Under the pieces are notes generated by a model. The model was not told the DNA's origin. It saw only the letters and a list, made by a program, of their open reading frames with translations, and made no database searches. DNA of 64,000 nt from a phage, in sequence record PZ386970.1. One strand, 5' to 3'. Shown piece by piece: positions 26,366-35,340 of this stretch (the first letter of the stretch is position 1; each line of letters opens with the position of its first letter). The translations under genes were made by a program, and so were the position numbers.

Positions 26366-27808
26366 TTAAAATTTTAACTCATTGGCTAAGCTATCTAGGT
26401 CAGCACGTGTTGCTTTGGCTTTACCTACGCGTTCCGTACGATTCACCTCTGCCTGACGCATCTGAGCACCTGCGTTTTCATTTACTGTGTTAGGTGTGTT
26501 CATTCCTTCTTGCTCAATCTCAACCCATTTCTGATTGCCTTTACGTACACCCATCAGGAATTTATTCCACTTATTCTTATCACCATATCGTGATTTGATT
26601 TGTTTGATAAGTTGTTGTTCAGCTTGTGCAAGTTCTTCGGTTTCAATTACGGCCAACATGAAATCTGCCGTTGCTGGTAAACCTGCTGATTCTGCGATAT
26701 CACTCATGTTCATGTCTGAAGCATCCCATGCTGCACGTCCTACTTGAGCTGCAGTCCATAGAACTGTTTCAGATTCTACTGCTAATGCACGAAGTTCTTC
26801 TGCGATAGCTTTAACTAATGTGTAGCTATTTTCAGTGTAAACTCTGATACGACAAGACCCACAAATACCTAAGTAATCGACTATAATTACAGACGGCACA
26901 AAGTTCTTCTTGAGTTTTAACTCATTAAGCAATGCACGGAATGTATTAGCATTAGCTCCACCAGTAGGATACTGTTTGACTACTAAACGTCCTAATGTGG
27001 ATTTTGAACGCCATTTTTCCATTTTGGCTTTATATTCAGCATAAGATACGTTACCATCATCGATATCATCGAGTGATACGTCAAGCATGTTTGCATCTAT
27101 ACGCTTAGCACAAACTTCTTCAGCCATTTCCATGGAAATATAAAGAACATTATGGCCTGTTTGAAGATAATCTGCAGCAAGTGAACAAAGGCCTAAAGAT
27201 TTACCAACGTTAACACCGGCCATTAAAACATTCAGTGTACCGGTTTCAGCACCACCTTTAGTGATTTTATTCAAAATGTTTAATTTGAACGGGACCTTAC
27301 GTGCTTTGTTCAGATAAGAAAGCCAGCGTGCTTCGTAGTCTTCCATCCAGTCATGTCCAACATAACTATCAAACGAAATTGAAAGTGCTTGACGCATAAT
27401 ATCAGGAATAGCTCCTACGTCAGGCATTTTCTTGTTACGTTGTTCTGGAGGTAATTCAGCATTAGACTGAATCTCAATGATTTTGGATGTAGCATTATAC
27501 ATCGCTTTTTGCTGGACATATTTCTCAGTTTCTTTAACCAACCATTCGTGGTCTTCAGGAGTATCAGCCAATTTTTCAATTAGGTCTGAAGTTCCTTTAT
27601 ATTCGGCTTCAGTTAAAGAACTGTTATCTAAAGCCACCTTTAACGCATTGATAGACGGCATTGCATTATATTCGTTAACGTGGCTCTTTATAATTTTAAA
27701 GACATTTTTTGCCGGTCCACGCTCAAAATACTCAGAATCCATATAAGGCCAGACCTTAGAAAAATAAGCCTGGTCGTATACTAGATGAGACAAAATAATT
27801 TCTACCAC
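26366..27808 (-). CDS. 41: replicative DNA helicase (DnaB-like), gp41
   Basis: 480 aa; MVEIILSHL N-terminus, Walker A GVNVGKS; GTG start 5 nt after TAAGGAG. Confidence 0.9.
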   Translation of the reverse strand: MVEIILSHLVYDQAYFSKVWPYMDSEYFERGPAKNVFKIIKSHVNEYNAMPSINALKVALDNSSLTEAEYKGTSDLIEKLADTPEDHEWLVKETEKYVQQKAMYNATSKIIEIQSNAELPPEQRNKKMPDVGAIPDIMRQALSISFDSYVGHDWMEDYEARWLSYLNKARKVPFKLNILNKITKGGAETGTLNVLMAGVNVGKSLGLCSLAADYLQTGHNVLYISMEMAEEVCAKRIDANMLDVSLDDIDDGNVSYAEYKAKMEKWRSKSTLGRLVVKQYPTGGANANTFRALLNELKLKKNFVPSVIIVDYLGICGSCRIRVYTENSYTLVKAIAEELRALAVESETVLWTAAQVGRAAWDASDMNMSDIAESAGLPATADFMLAVIETEELAQAEQQLIKQIKSRYGDKNKWNKFLMGVRKGNQKWVEIEQEGMNTPNTVNENAGAQMRQAEVNRTERVGKAKATRADLDSLANELKF

Positions 27809-27817
27809 GATAACTCC

Positions 27818-28159
27818 TTAAAAGAATTTAAATTTTTTCTTGGTCCGTTCATTAAAAGCTTGTTGTACTTGCATTGTAACACATTTTTCAACATGTGGTG
27901 CAAGTTCTGCTTTTCTGTCTTGGTCAAGAACTGCAAAGTCCATTACGATTTTACCATCAACCCAGTCTAGTTTTGTAATATAGACTATATGATGAGAACC
28001 ATCTTCAAGTGTAATCAGAATCTCTTGAATGACATTTTCCATTGCTGAACGGATAATTTTAAGAGATTCATTAAACACTCGTTCTTTGCGAATGTCTTCC
28101 CCTTCCGAAGAAGGGGATTCATCAACGATTTCTAGATTTAAATCATCAAGATTATTCAT
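27818..28159 (-). CDS. 40: hypothetical protein at the gene 40 position (113 aa from MNNLDDL)
   Basis: synteny between 41 and uvsX; size close to T4 gp40; no motif verified. Confidence 0.4.
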   Translation of the reverse strand: MNNLDDLNLEIVDESPSSEGEDIRKERVFNESLKIIRSAMENVIQEILITLEDGSHHIVYITKLDWVDGKIVMDFAVLDQDRKAELAPHVEKCVTMQVQQAFNERTKKKFKFF

Positions 28160-29324
28160 CGAAATCTTCCATTTCGTCAAGGTCATTTTCTATATCTGCT
28201 GCAGACGGAGCATCAGAAGTTTTAACCGGAACTTTAGTTGTTGCTTTGCAATTAATAAGGTCGTTAACAGCGTCATCAACTTCTTTAATAGAAGAGATAG
28301 CACCTAGTTTATATTTAGTTTCAATTGCATCTCGGAAAGGTTTGTGTTTAAACAACGGTCCCCAGAATTCTACACAATCAGTAGCTTTAGCACGCCACGA
28401 TTTCTCTTCACGAATCATTTCACCTGTTTCTTCGTCAAGGAATTCACGAGCATACCAACCAGCTTTAGGCTTAACAACAAATCCAATTTCAGTTGCCATT
28501 TCTAACAAGCCACTGAATGGGTCGATACCACCATCAAAATTAACTGTGATTGGGAAAGTAGATTTTTCTTTAACAGTACGAGATTTTTCTGCTTTCAACG
28601 TGAAGTCATAACCTGTCAATTCTGTACCTTCTTTAACCTGACGTTTAGAGATAAAGAATACAGTGTTAGCAGAGTAAAGAATACCTGTACCACCACCCAT
28701 AATCTCTTTAGGATACAATCCACCAATTTCCATTGCGGTATGGTTAATTGCAACACACGGAATATCTTTAATAGTCAGATACGGGGTCACAATACGGAAA
28801 AGAGATTTAAGTGCCTTAGCACGAGACATATCACCTACGACTTTCTCGTTCAATGCATCTTCGGTTTCTTTCTTAGATGCAGTATTACCGATTGAATCGA
28901 TAAAGATAATAACTTTATCACCGCGTTCAATTGCATCAAGCTGATTAGTCATATCAACTTTAAGTTGTTCGACGGACTGAATTGGTGTATGAACTACACG
29001 GTCTAAATCAACACCCATTGAACGGAAGTAAGATTCTGAAGCACCGAATTCCGAGTCATAAAACAAACAGATTGCATCTTTATATTTCTTCATATACGCT
29101 GCAACCATGGTCAGCCCAAACAATGTTTTAAAGTGTTTAGAAGGAGCAGCAAAAATAGTTAAGCCTGATTGCAACCCGGCATTCAGTGCACCACCTAATG
29201 CAATATTCAACATCGGAATACGAGTAGGGACTTCATCACGATTATTAAACAGCTTAGACTTAGTCAAGTCGGCAGTCATTTTAGAAGTAGAAGCTTTAAT
29301 CAGACGAGATTTTAAATCAGACAT
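28152..29324 (-). CDS. uvsX: UvsX recombinase (RecA-like)
   Basis: 390 aa; RecA-like core; acidic C-terminus. Confidence 0.9.
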   Translation of the reverse strand: MSDLKSRLIKASTSKMTADLTKSKLFNNRDEVPTRIPMLNIALGGALNAGLQSGLTIFAAPSKHFKTLFGLTMVAAYMKKYKDAICLFYDSEFGASESYFRSMGVDLDRVVHTPIQSVEQLKVDMTNQLDAIERGDKVIIFIDSIGNTASKKETEDALNEKVVGDMSRAKALKSLFRIVTPYLTIKDIPCVAINHTAMEIGGLYPKEIMGGGTGILYSANTVFFISKRQVKEGTELTGYDFTLKAEKSRTVKEKSTFPITVNFDGGIDPFSGLLEMATEIGFVVKPKAGWYAREFLDEETGEMIREEKSWRAKATDCVEFWGPLFKHKPFRDAIETKYKLGAISSIKEVDDAVNDLINCKATTKVPVKTSDAPSAADIENDLDEMEDFDE

Positions 29325-29377
29325 TGTATTTTTCCATAGGCATCATTATATTTTACTCATGTTTAAAAGATAAGATG

Positions 29378-29402
29378 ATTATATACTAAGGGTTATACAG
29401 CA
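29378..29402 (-). promoter_or_regulatory. putative middle promoter for uvsX (imperfect MotA box TGCTGTA, 12 nt, TATAAT)
   Basis: spacing matches MotA-dependent promoters; box has one mismatch. Confidence 0.35.
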
Positions 29403-29432
29403 TTTAAAACTTTAAATGGCTCTTAACGAGCC
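29400..29432 (-). terminator. hairpin (GGCUC-GUUAA-GAGCC) with U-rich tail 3' of kinase gene
   Basis: short stem, AU-rich downstream. Confidence 0.3.
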
Positions 29433-29971
29433 CATTTAATGATTTCTGTAATCAAATAATTACGTTCGCTTGCATTAAATCCTATAACTTTGTTAGCACC
29501 ATCATGATTAAGTAATTGATACGTTTGGATTTTGTTATGAATTGCAAACTCTTCAAAATATGAAATGACTGTATTAAAACCGAATGAAGACAAAGTAATA
29601 AGGTCGTCTTCAAAACTTTCAGTCATTTCGTTACGTGTTAAAATAATTGTGAACACATCATGGTTTTGGCAAAGACGAACATAATCCTGTTCATAAACGT
29701 CAAGAACCGAGTCCACATCTTGTCGAATACGTCCATAAACCCAGTTACTAATATATCCACGGTCTAACAGATAAATCTTAGTAGGGTCTAAATAATTCAA
29801 CATCGTTTCGAAACAACCAACTTCATTTCGAGACTTAACATCGAAACGCCCATCAACTGTTCGTTTAGGGAAATCAATCTTTACATATCTTTCACTAATT
29901 TCCATTATGTCATTAATGAAAGTTGTTTTACCAGCATTATCTGGGCCGTCTACTAAAATAATTTTAGCCAT
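29423..29971 (-). CDS. P-loop nucleotide kinase, thymidylate kinase-like
   Basis: Walker A ILVDGPDNAGKTT; downstream DRGY motif resembling the Tmk DRx motif; 182 aa. Confidence 0.55.
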   Translation of the reverse strand: MAKIILVDGPDNAGKTTFINDIMEISERYVKIDFPKRTVDGRFDVKSRNEVGCFETMLNYLDPTKIYLLDRGYISNWVYGRIRQDVDSVLDVYEQDYVRLCQNHDVFTIILTRNEMTESFEDDLITLSSFGFNTVISYFEEFAIHNKIQTYQLLNHDGANKVIGFNASERNYLITEIIKWAR

Positions 29972-29972
29972 T

Positions 29973-30872
29973 TTATTCCTCGATTACGACATCTTCGTAT
30001 TTAGGTATATTATACGGTGAAGAAATTAAAGCATTAAAGTAGATGAACTCACCAAGACCTGGATGGAATACTTCTTCAGGATTTTCGAAATATTGAATTT
30101 TCGGACGTCCTTTAAGAATTTGATAGTACTCAGTTTTAGTTGGATTAAAAATTCGAATCAGCGCTTCTTCAGGATACTTATTTCTGTCGAAACTATTATT
30201 TGGATCAGTTATATAAAGCGGTTGACCTAATTGAATTGCGCATTCAACAACTTGTTCAAAACGATAGCATGGGTCACTAATTCGAAATGGATGAAAAATA
30301 CCATCTAGATGAATAGGAGCCAAATCACCTACAAGACGCTGCATGATGGAAGGACGTATAACTTTCTGAGTTACGATAATCTTATTACCATCTGCACCTG
30401 CGTTAACCAGCACTTCTTTTTGACGTTCATTCAACACAGTAGTTTGAAGTGAACGATTAACTGACAACATATCGGTTTTTAAGAATTCGTCAATATAAAA
30501 ACGTGGTTTATTAGGGTCTGCCGTGATATTGAAATTGAATTCTACATCAAAAGCGCCGTCATATCCAGTGATATCTGTTATTAGAAAATCACAATCATAA
30601 TAAGCAATTAATGAATCAACCACAAATTCATTTTCAGACCAGAAATATTTACGAGTGTTATACGCGTTATCTTTATACCATAATGGAACAAACTTAAATT
30701 CCGGGAAAAGACGTTCACATTCTTTAATATCAGATGCATTACGTGGATATGTAATCACATCACCCGGATTAGCACGGTGCAAATGAAGTTGGAAGTTGCC
30801 ATCCTTAAGGATAGCATACTGTCCAGTTTCATAAGACCGCATACTCAAGATTGGTACGCGGAAAATAGCCAT
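29973..30872 (-). CDS. hypothetical protein (299 aa), cluster member of unknown function
   Basis: TAATG-coupled to the hydroxymethylase-like gene; no family recognised. Confidence 0.5.
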   Translation of the reverse strand: MAIFRVPILSMRSYETGQYAILKDGNFQLHLHRANPGDVITYPRNASDIKECERLFPEFKFVPLWYKDNAYNTRKYFWSENEFVVDSLIAYYDCDFLITDITGYDGAFDVEFNFNITADPNKPRFYIDEFLKTDMLSVNRSLQTTVLNERQKEVLVNAGADGNKIIVTQKVIRPSIMQRLVGDLAPIHLDGIFHPFRISDPCYRFEQVVECAIQLGQPLYITDPNNSFDRNKYPEEALIRIFNPTKTEYYQILKGRPKIQYFENPEEVFHPGLGEFIYFNALISSPYNIPKYEDVVIEE

Positions 30873-31588
30873 TAGTCAAGGAATCCTTTAACATAATCAA
30901 AATCACGTTCAAACACATGGGCACTTACCATGGTATGAGTATAATCACCAACTTCTACACCACATTCGTTAGCGATATAATGAAGTAATTTTCCTTGGAG
31001 ATAAAAATCCAACTGCATAACAACAGCACAATTCTGAGAACGCATATGACAGTGGGTATAAAGCTTACCATCACGAATATAATAAGTCACTGAGTCAGTA
31101 CATGGATATTCAAGCGTTTCGTCCGAATCAAGCAAAGCCTGATCAGAACTTTCTAGAATTTGGAACACAACTCTTCGGGAGTTAGGCTTCTCTTTAAGTT
31201 CTTTTAGAAGAGCTGGTAATTGGGCCGCAATTCGAGGACCATAGAAAGTGTTGAAGTTCGCAGGCAAAGCATCTGATTTTGGTTTAGAAATAAATTTAGC
31301 GACATTAGGATATGCCTTAAACGCTTCTTCTGCATCAGTACCACCAGAAATCATAAACTTCCAGAAATCTTCGGCATATTCATAAGAGATGCGGTTAATA
31401 CGTGGGTCGGTCATTTTGAATGATGATGGAGTGTCAACAACTACTGTCATGGACCCAATTTCATTACAACGTCCAATACGAGAATCAGTTACGAATTCCG
31501 GGTTTTCTAAAATTTCACGATTGACTGCTTTAAATGCGGCTTGAAAATCTGCTGCTTTGATATATTTCATTGTGTTATGTTTTCCCAT
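30872..31588 (-). CDS. 42: thymidylate synthase-family pyrimidine hydroxymethylase, gp42-like (dCMP hydroxymethylase), divergent
   Basis: KPNSRRVVFQI and PCTDSVTYYIRDGKL align with T4 gp42 NPDSRRGIMIY and MCTNTVQYLIRDKKI (catalytic Cys); 238 aa. Confidence 0.7.
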   Translation of the reverse strand: MGKHNTMKYIKAADFQAAFKAVNREILENPEFVTDSRIGRCNEIGSMTVVVDTPSSFKMTDPRINRISYEYAEDFWKFMISGGTDAEEAFKAYPNVAKFISKPKSDALPANFNTFYGPRIAAQLPALLKELKEKPNSRRVVFQILESSDQALLDSDETLEYPCTDSVTYYIRDGKLYTHCHMRSQNCAVVMQLDFYLQGKLLHYIANECGVEVGDYTHTMVSAHVFERDFDYVKGFLD

Positions 31589-31607
31589 GTTTACCTCAAT
31601 ACAATTT

Positions 31608-31633
31608 ATTATATACTCAATTCGTAAAGCTTA
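31608..31633 (-). promoter_or_regulatory. putative middle-type promoter (GCTTTAC box, 11 nt, TATAAT)
   Basis: upstream of the hydroxymethylase-like gene. Confidence 0.3.
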
Positions 31634-31870
31634 TTTGAATTTCTTGGCAATGTTGATATAACGTAAAGCTTCAGAATCTATACTTCCAAGAACACTATGA
31701 AGGAATGCATCAGTGTAGTATTCCAATTGAACAGGTTCTTTAATCACTTTAGCCGCTTTGGTTTCAAACAGGCCCATCAGGGCCTTTTTAAGAATTTGTT
31801 CGTTAGTGTTCAGTTTTATAGTCAAAATCTCTTCATTAAGTTTATAATTAAAAGTTTTTCTAGAAATCAT
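31631..31870 (-). CDS. hypothetical protein (79 aa)
   Basis: ORF only. Confidence 0.4.
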   Translation of the reverse strand: MISRKTFNYKLNEEILTIKLNTNEQILKKALMGLFETKAAKVIKEPVQLEYYTDAFLHSVLGSIDSEALRYINIAKKFK

Positions 31871-33027
31871 TCCGGGTACCTCAAAGCGTCATCAGAGTTA
31901 GTTATATCAATAATAGATATAGAGTTTTCTGCTAACCCGTTTTTAGATAATTGACGTTTATAATACCTTTCACAATATGTACACGTTGACCCACAGATTT
32001 CATTAGCACAATCAAAATCCGGATGTCTGAACCACCTTTTTTCTAAAAAGCCATCTAACAAAGAGGTTTCAATATTTACTGTATGTGAAAACTCAGTCTC
32101 ATTTTCAAGAGTGAAAATAGTCTCTAAAGGCTTCCACAGTTCTAACAAATTACCTTCAAACTTTTCAGAAGCGTATGCTTCAAGAACTTTCAAAATGTAG
32201 TCTGTGCTACCTGTACGTCCTGAAACTTTGAATTGAGTGATACCAATATCATTATAAAGTTTCAAATCTTGTGGACGAACAAAACGAGTTCTCAACCAGT
32301 TAAACGGGTCTGTATCACGAGCTTTAATACAGTGCTGCATAGGATATCCATTTAAGGATTTAGCATCATCAGCTGTAACATCAGTACTATGGAAAATATA
32401 GCAAGAGTCACGATAGCTACAATGTGTTGTATACCCTTTACCAGCATTAGAACAGAACTCATTTACAAGAACTTCAAATATTATATTGTTTTTATTGCAA
32501 AACTCTGCTGCACGCTTCAGGAAAGAAACTGAACGGTTCTTATGAATTCCACAGCAGACCTTTTTGATATTATACTGGTCATGTAAGTATTTGATTTGAG
32601 TTACAGCATCGACATGTAGAATTGTTGAAACTTCAATCTCAATGTCTTTATTGACTTCACGAACAATTTCCATAACAACAGGGTTAGCGATAGTAATACG
32701 CCATACGCCTATTGACCAAAGATACTGAACATAATCCTGAATAGCTTTCTTCTTCCACTCAACTAGTTCTCTTTTTGAACCAGGATTTATCGTGTTGAGT
32801 GTATAGTTAAAGCAAATACCTAATTCGTTACAACGTTTAACATAATCTTCTAACATCTTTTTGTCAACGTCAGGAAGCCTAAAATCAGGTCTGGCTGCTA
32901 CAAAAGCCATTTCTCTTGTAGAGCCGTATACTTCGTTTATCAAGCTATTAGGATAAGTTTTATTGAGCTCTACGATTTTATCAAGAAGAGCTAAATCAAA
33001 ATTCGTTCCGATTTTAAAAGTATTCAT
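31867..33027 (-). CDS. Cys-rich putative metalloenzyme, weak resemblance to peptidase-U32-family Fe-S proteins
   Basis: 386 aa; EVLVNEFCSNAGKGYTTHCSY resembles the U32 signature; additional C-terminal CxxxxCxxxCxxC; N-terminal pattern similar to U32 barrel. Confidence 0.35.
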   Translation of the reverse strand: MNTFKIGTNFDLALLDKIVELNKTYPNSLINEVYGSTREMAFVAARPDFRLPDVDKKMLEDYVKRCNELGICFNYTLNTINPGSKRELVEWKKKAIQDYVQYLWSIGVWRITIANPVVMEIVREVNKDIEIEVSTILHVDAVTQIKYLHDQYNIKKVCCGIHKNRSVSFLKRAAEFCNKNNIIFEVLVNEFCSNAGKGYTTHCSYRDSCYIFHSTDVTADDAKSLNGYPMQHCIKARDTDPFNWLRTRFVRPQDLKLYNDIGITQFKVSGRTGSTDYILKVLEAYASEKFEGNLLELWKPLETIFTLENETEFSHTVNIETSLLDGFLEKRWFRHPDFDCANEICGSTCTYCERYYKRQLSKNGLAENSISIIDITNSDDALRYPE

Positions 33028-33083
33028 TTTTTTGCATCTCGCGTTAATTGATGCGATGGTTTTTGCAGGTCTTACTTAAATTA

Positions 33084-33452
33084 TTATAGATTCGGTTTAT
33101 ATGATTTAAATGTTTCGAATTCGCCTTTATTCATAAGAGCTTTGAATTCGTCAGGACGCATAGCTTTGTCGTCGATAATCCAATCATATACTGGTTTATG
33201 TGTTAGCAAATTATGGTACTTCAAACCAATGTTTTCCAAGTTCTGAATCAGACTTGGGAGAATGTCAATTGCTATACGACCAGGACCTACTGACTTCATA
33301 CCACGAGCAGTGTAAAGCGTTATGGTATGCCCTGCATCATACAGGGCATTAATGGCAGACACCATTTCGACGTCTGGTTTGAAGTTCACGTAATCACGAT
33401 TGTTATTCCACTCTGTTATACAATCATCGACATCAAAACAAAGATTAAGCAT
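33084..33452 (-). CDS. small HAD-like phosphatase (122 aa from MLNLCFDVDD)
   Basis: FDVDDCIT (motif I-like), TARG, DWIIDDK (motif IV-like); resembles KdsC-type phosphatases; motif I imperfect. Confidence 0.35.
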   Translation of the reverse strand: MLNLCFDVDDCITEWNNNRDYVNFKPDVEMVSAINALYDAGHTITLYTARGMKSVGPGRIAIDILPSLIQNLENIGLKYHNLLTHKPVYDWIIDDKAMRPDEFKALMNKGEFETFKSYKPNL

Positions 33453-33469
33453 GTTTTCTACACGGTGCA

Positions 33470-35155
33470 TTAGATTCGTTCCCATTGATGAGTGATATCG
33501 CCACCGATTGGACGATAGGAAACACCAGTTTCTTTATCAGTTAGTACCCATTTACCAGGATTTTTTGTAATCAGAGTAGCCGTTACAGGTTCTGCTACGT
33601 CATAACTAATAGAGCCGTCCTGAAGTACACGGCCCATGTTACGTAATTGCTTAGTCAGAAGTTCCATGCCTTTATAATATGCGGCTACCGCTTTAAGTGG
33701 ATTATTCTTGAAATAACCACCCAATGCAATCCAGATAATTGCCACCGCCAAATGATGATACTCGTTAAACGAACTCATCTTTCCATATTTGTAAACTAAT
33801 GGATTGATGTTAATAGTCACATTACAAGTTGTTTCATCAATAGTAAACTGACCCCAGGTCGGATTAGCATTGAATTCATCATAACCTGAAACAGCATAAA
33901 GCACTTTAGCTTCATCATATAATTTTGGCCCGTAAATCTTGGTTTCACCAAAATATCCACGAGGGTCGATAAACTTGACTTCGCCGTTATCAGTAATCAT
34001 AGTATTACTGAAGTTCGGGTCACCGTGAATAACAGAGTACTGTCCCTGAGAACGGTTATGATAACGAATAAGATGTTCTAAAGCTTGTTTCAACATTGGC
34101 TTCAGACGTCCAATCTTAGTGTAGTTCACGTGTGTGATTTTACCAAATGAATCAATCAATGGCTGAATGCTTTCACAACGATCAATAACTTTCGTATAGA
34201 ACTCTTTAGTGAAATCACGGCGAACAGTTTCAGGACTTACAAAATAAGTGTCTGTGCTGAATTTCAGTGCATCTAAAATTGCATCAACAATTTGTGGACG
34301 AGCAAGACTTGATTTGGATTTAATATATTCAAATGCCGGCTTACCTTTAATGCGTTCCATTTCAAAGTTATTTTCATTAACAGAAACTAACTGAGGAACT
34401 GAATCTGATTTCACTTTCAAATACCACGAAATCTCATCTTTCTGAAGAGCTCGACCCTGTTCGGTTAATGCGAATTTAGTTACAGTTTCTTCACCAATTT
34501 CAACTGCATTAAAACTACGATTAAGTTCACGAACTTCATGAGCTTTTTCAAGTTTAGGCATATCACCTAAATCAATTATATTCATAAGCTCTGATTTATT
34601 GAATGCGCCGCTGTAAAGGAATTCTACGAAATCACGTCCTTTGCAGTATTCATGAATTTCCTCATCGGTAGAACCCATATAGAATTCCCAGTCTTTGAAT
34701 TGATAAATTCCTACAACATTACCGCCTGTTGCACCTACATTAGTGATATTTTCACCGTCGAAATTATATCGACATTCATCACCCTTAACATAGATTGCGT
34801 TAACATTCCAAGACCATGAACCAAAATCAGGAATAATATCGCACCAGTTAACAATTACGTTATGGCCGTCTAAATCTTTGTGTAATTTAGCAAGAGCATA
34901 AGCAGAACCATACGCTTCATCAACTGTACGAATAGTCACATTGAACCCTTCTTGCTCACAATAAGCTCGAACAGTTTCAGCAAATTTTGAATGAACTACT
35001 ACAATAATTTCATCTGCGCCAAGGTCAGAATAAATTGTATATAAATTGCTCAGAATAGTGTCTTGTTTATAGTTAACAAGCACCTTAGGAATATGATGCG
35101 TTATTGGATACAAACGAGTTGCCAGTCCGGCACCAAGAATAACAGCTTTTTTCAT
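33470..35155 (-). CDS. bifunctional sugar-1-phosphate nucleotidyltransferase (N-terminal) / APH-like sugar kinase (C-terminal)
   Basis: N-terminus MKKAVILGAGLATRLYPIT (GxGTRL NTP-transferase motif); C-terminus VIHGDPNFSNTMI...FIDPRG (Brenner HGDxxxxN and DxE/D kinase motifs); 561 aa. Confidence 0.65.
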   Translation of the reverse strand: MKKAVILGAGLATRLYPITHHIPKVLVNYKQDTILSNLYTIYSDLGADEIIVVVHSKFAETVRAYCEQEGFNVTIRTVDEAYGSAYALAKLHKDLDGHNVIVNWCDIIPDFGSWSWNVNAIYVKGDECRYNFDGENITNVGATGGNVVGIYQFKDWEFYMGSTDEEIHEYCKGRDFVEFLYSGAFNKSELMNIIDLGDMPKLEKAHEVRELNRSFNAVEIGEETVTKFALTEQGRALQKDEISWYLKVKSDSVPQLVSVNENNFEMERIKGKPAFEYIKSKSSLARPQIVDAILDALKFSTDTYFVSPETVRRDFTKEFYTKVIDRCESIQPLIDSFGKITHVNYTKIGRLKPMLKQALEHLIRYHNRSQGQYSVIHGDPNFSNTMITDNGEVKFIDPRGYFGETKIYGPKLYDEAKVLYAVSGYDEFNANPTWGQFTIDETTCNVTININPLVYKYGKMSSFNEYHHLAVAIIWIALGGYFKNNPLKAVAAYYKGMELLTKQLRNMGRVLQDGSISYDVAEPVTATLITKNPGKWVLTDKETGVSYRPIGGDITHQWERI

Positions 35156-35183
35156 GTTGTGGTCCTCATTGGTAAGTAGGTGT

Positions 35184-35208
35184 ATTGTACACTATTCTAG
35201 TTAAAGCA
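35184..35208 (-). promoter_or_regulatory. MotA-type middle promoter (TGCTTTA, 12 nt, TACAAT) upstream of the nucleotidyltransferase-kinase gene
   Basis: exact MotA box core with canonical spacing to a TAnnnT -10. Confidence 0.45.
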
Positions 35209-35340
35209 TTCATACTTTGCCTGTAGACCAATCATAATCCATCCAATTACAAGTGTTGGAATCATTACTGGAGCCGTTAAGCTCCAGTAGATAGTCATGA
35301 CAAGCATCAATAGTAAAAGTCCTATTGTTATTGCTTTCAT
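35197..35340 (-). CDS. small membrane protein (47 aa)
   Basis: manual translation MKAITIGLLLLMLVMTIYWSL...; TAATG-coupled to SIS gene stop. Confidence 0.3.
   Translation of the reverse strand: MKAITIGLLLLMLVMTIYWSLTAPVMIPTLVIGWIMIGLQAKYECFN

Noticed and set aside
31867-33027. U32-like protein as a true collagenase-type protease
   Set aside because: U32 family members with Fe-S clusters act as hydroxylases or unknown enzymes; genomic context argues for a metabolic role, and the similarity itself is tentative.
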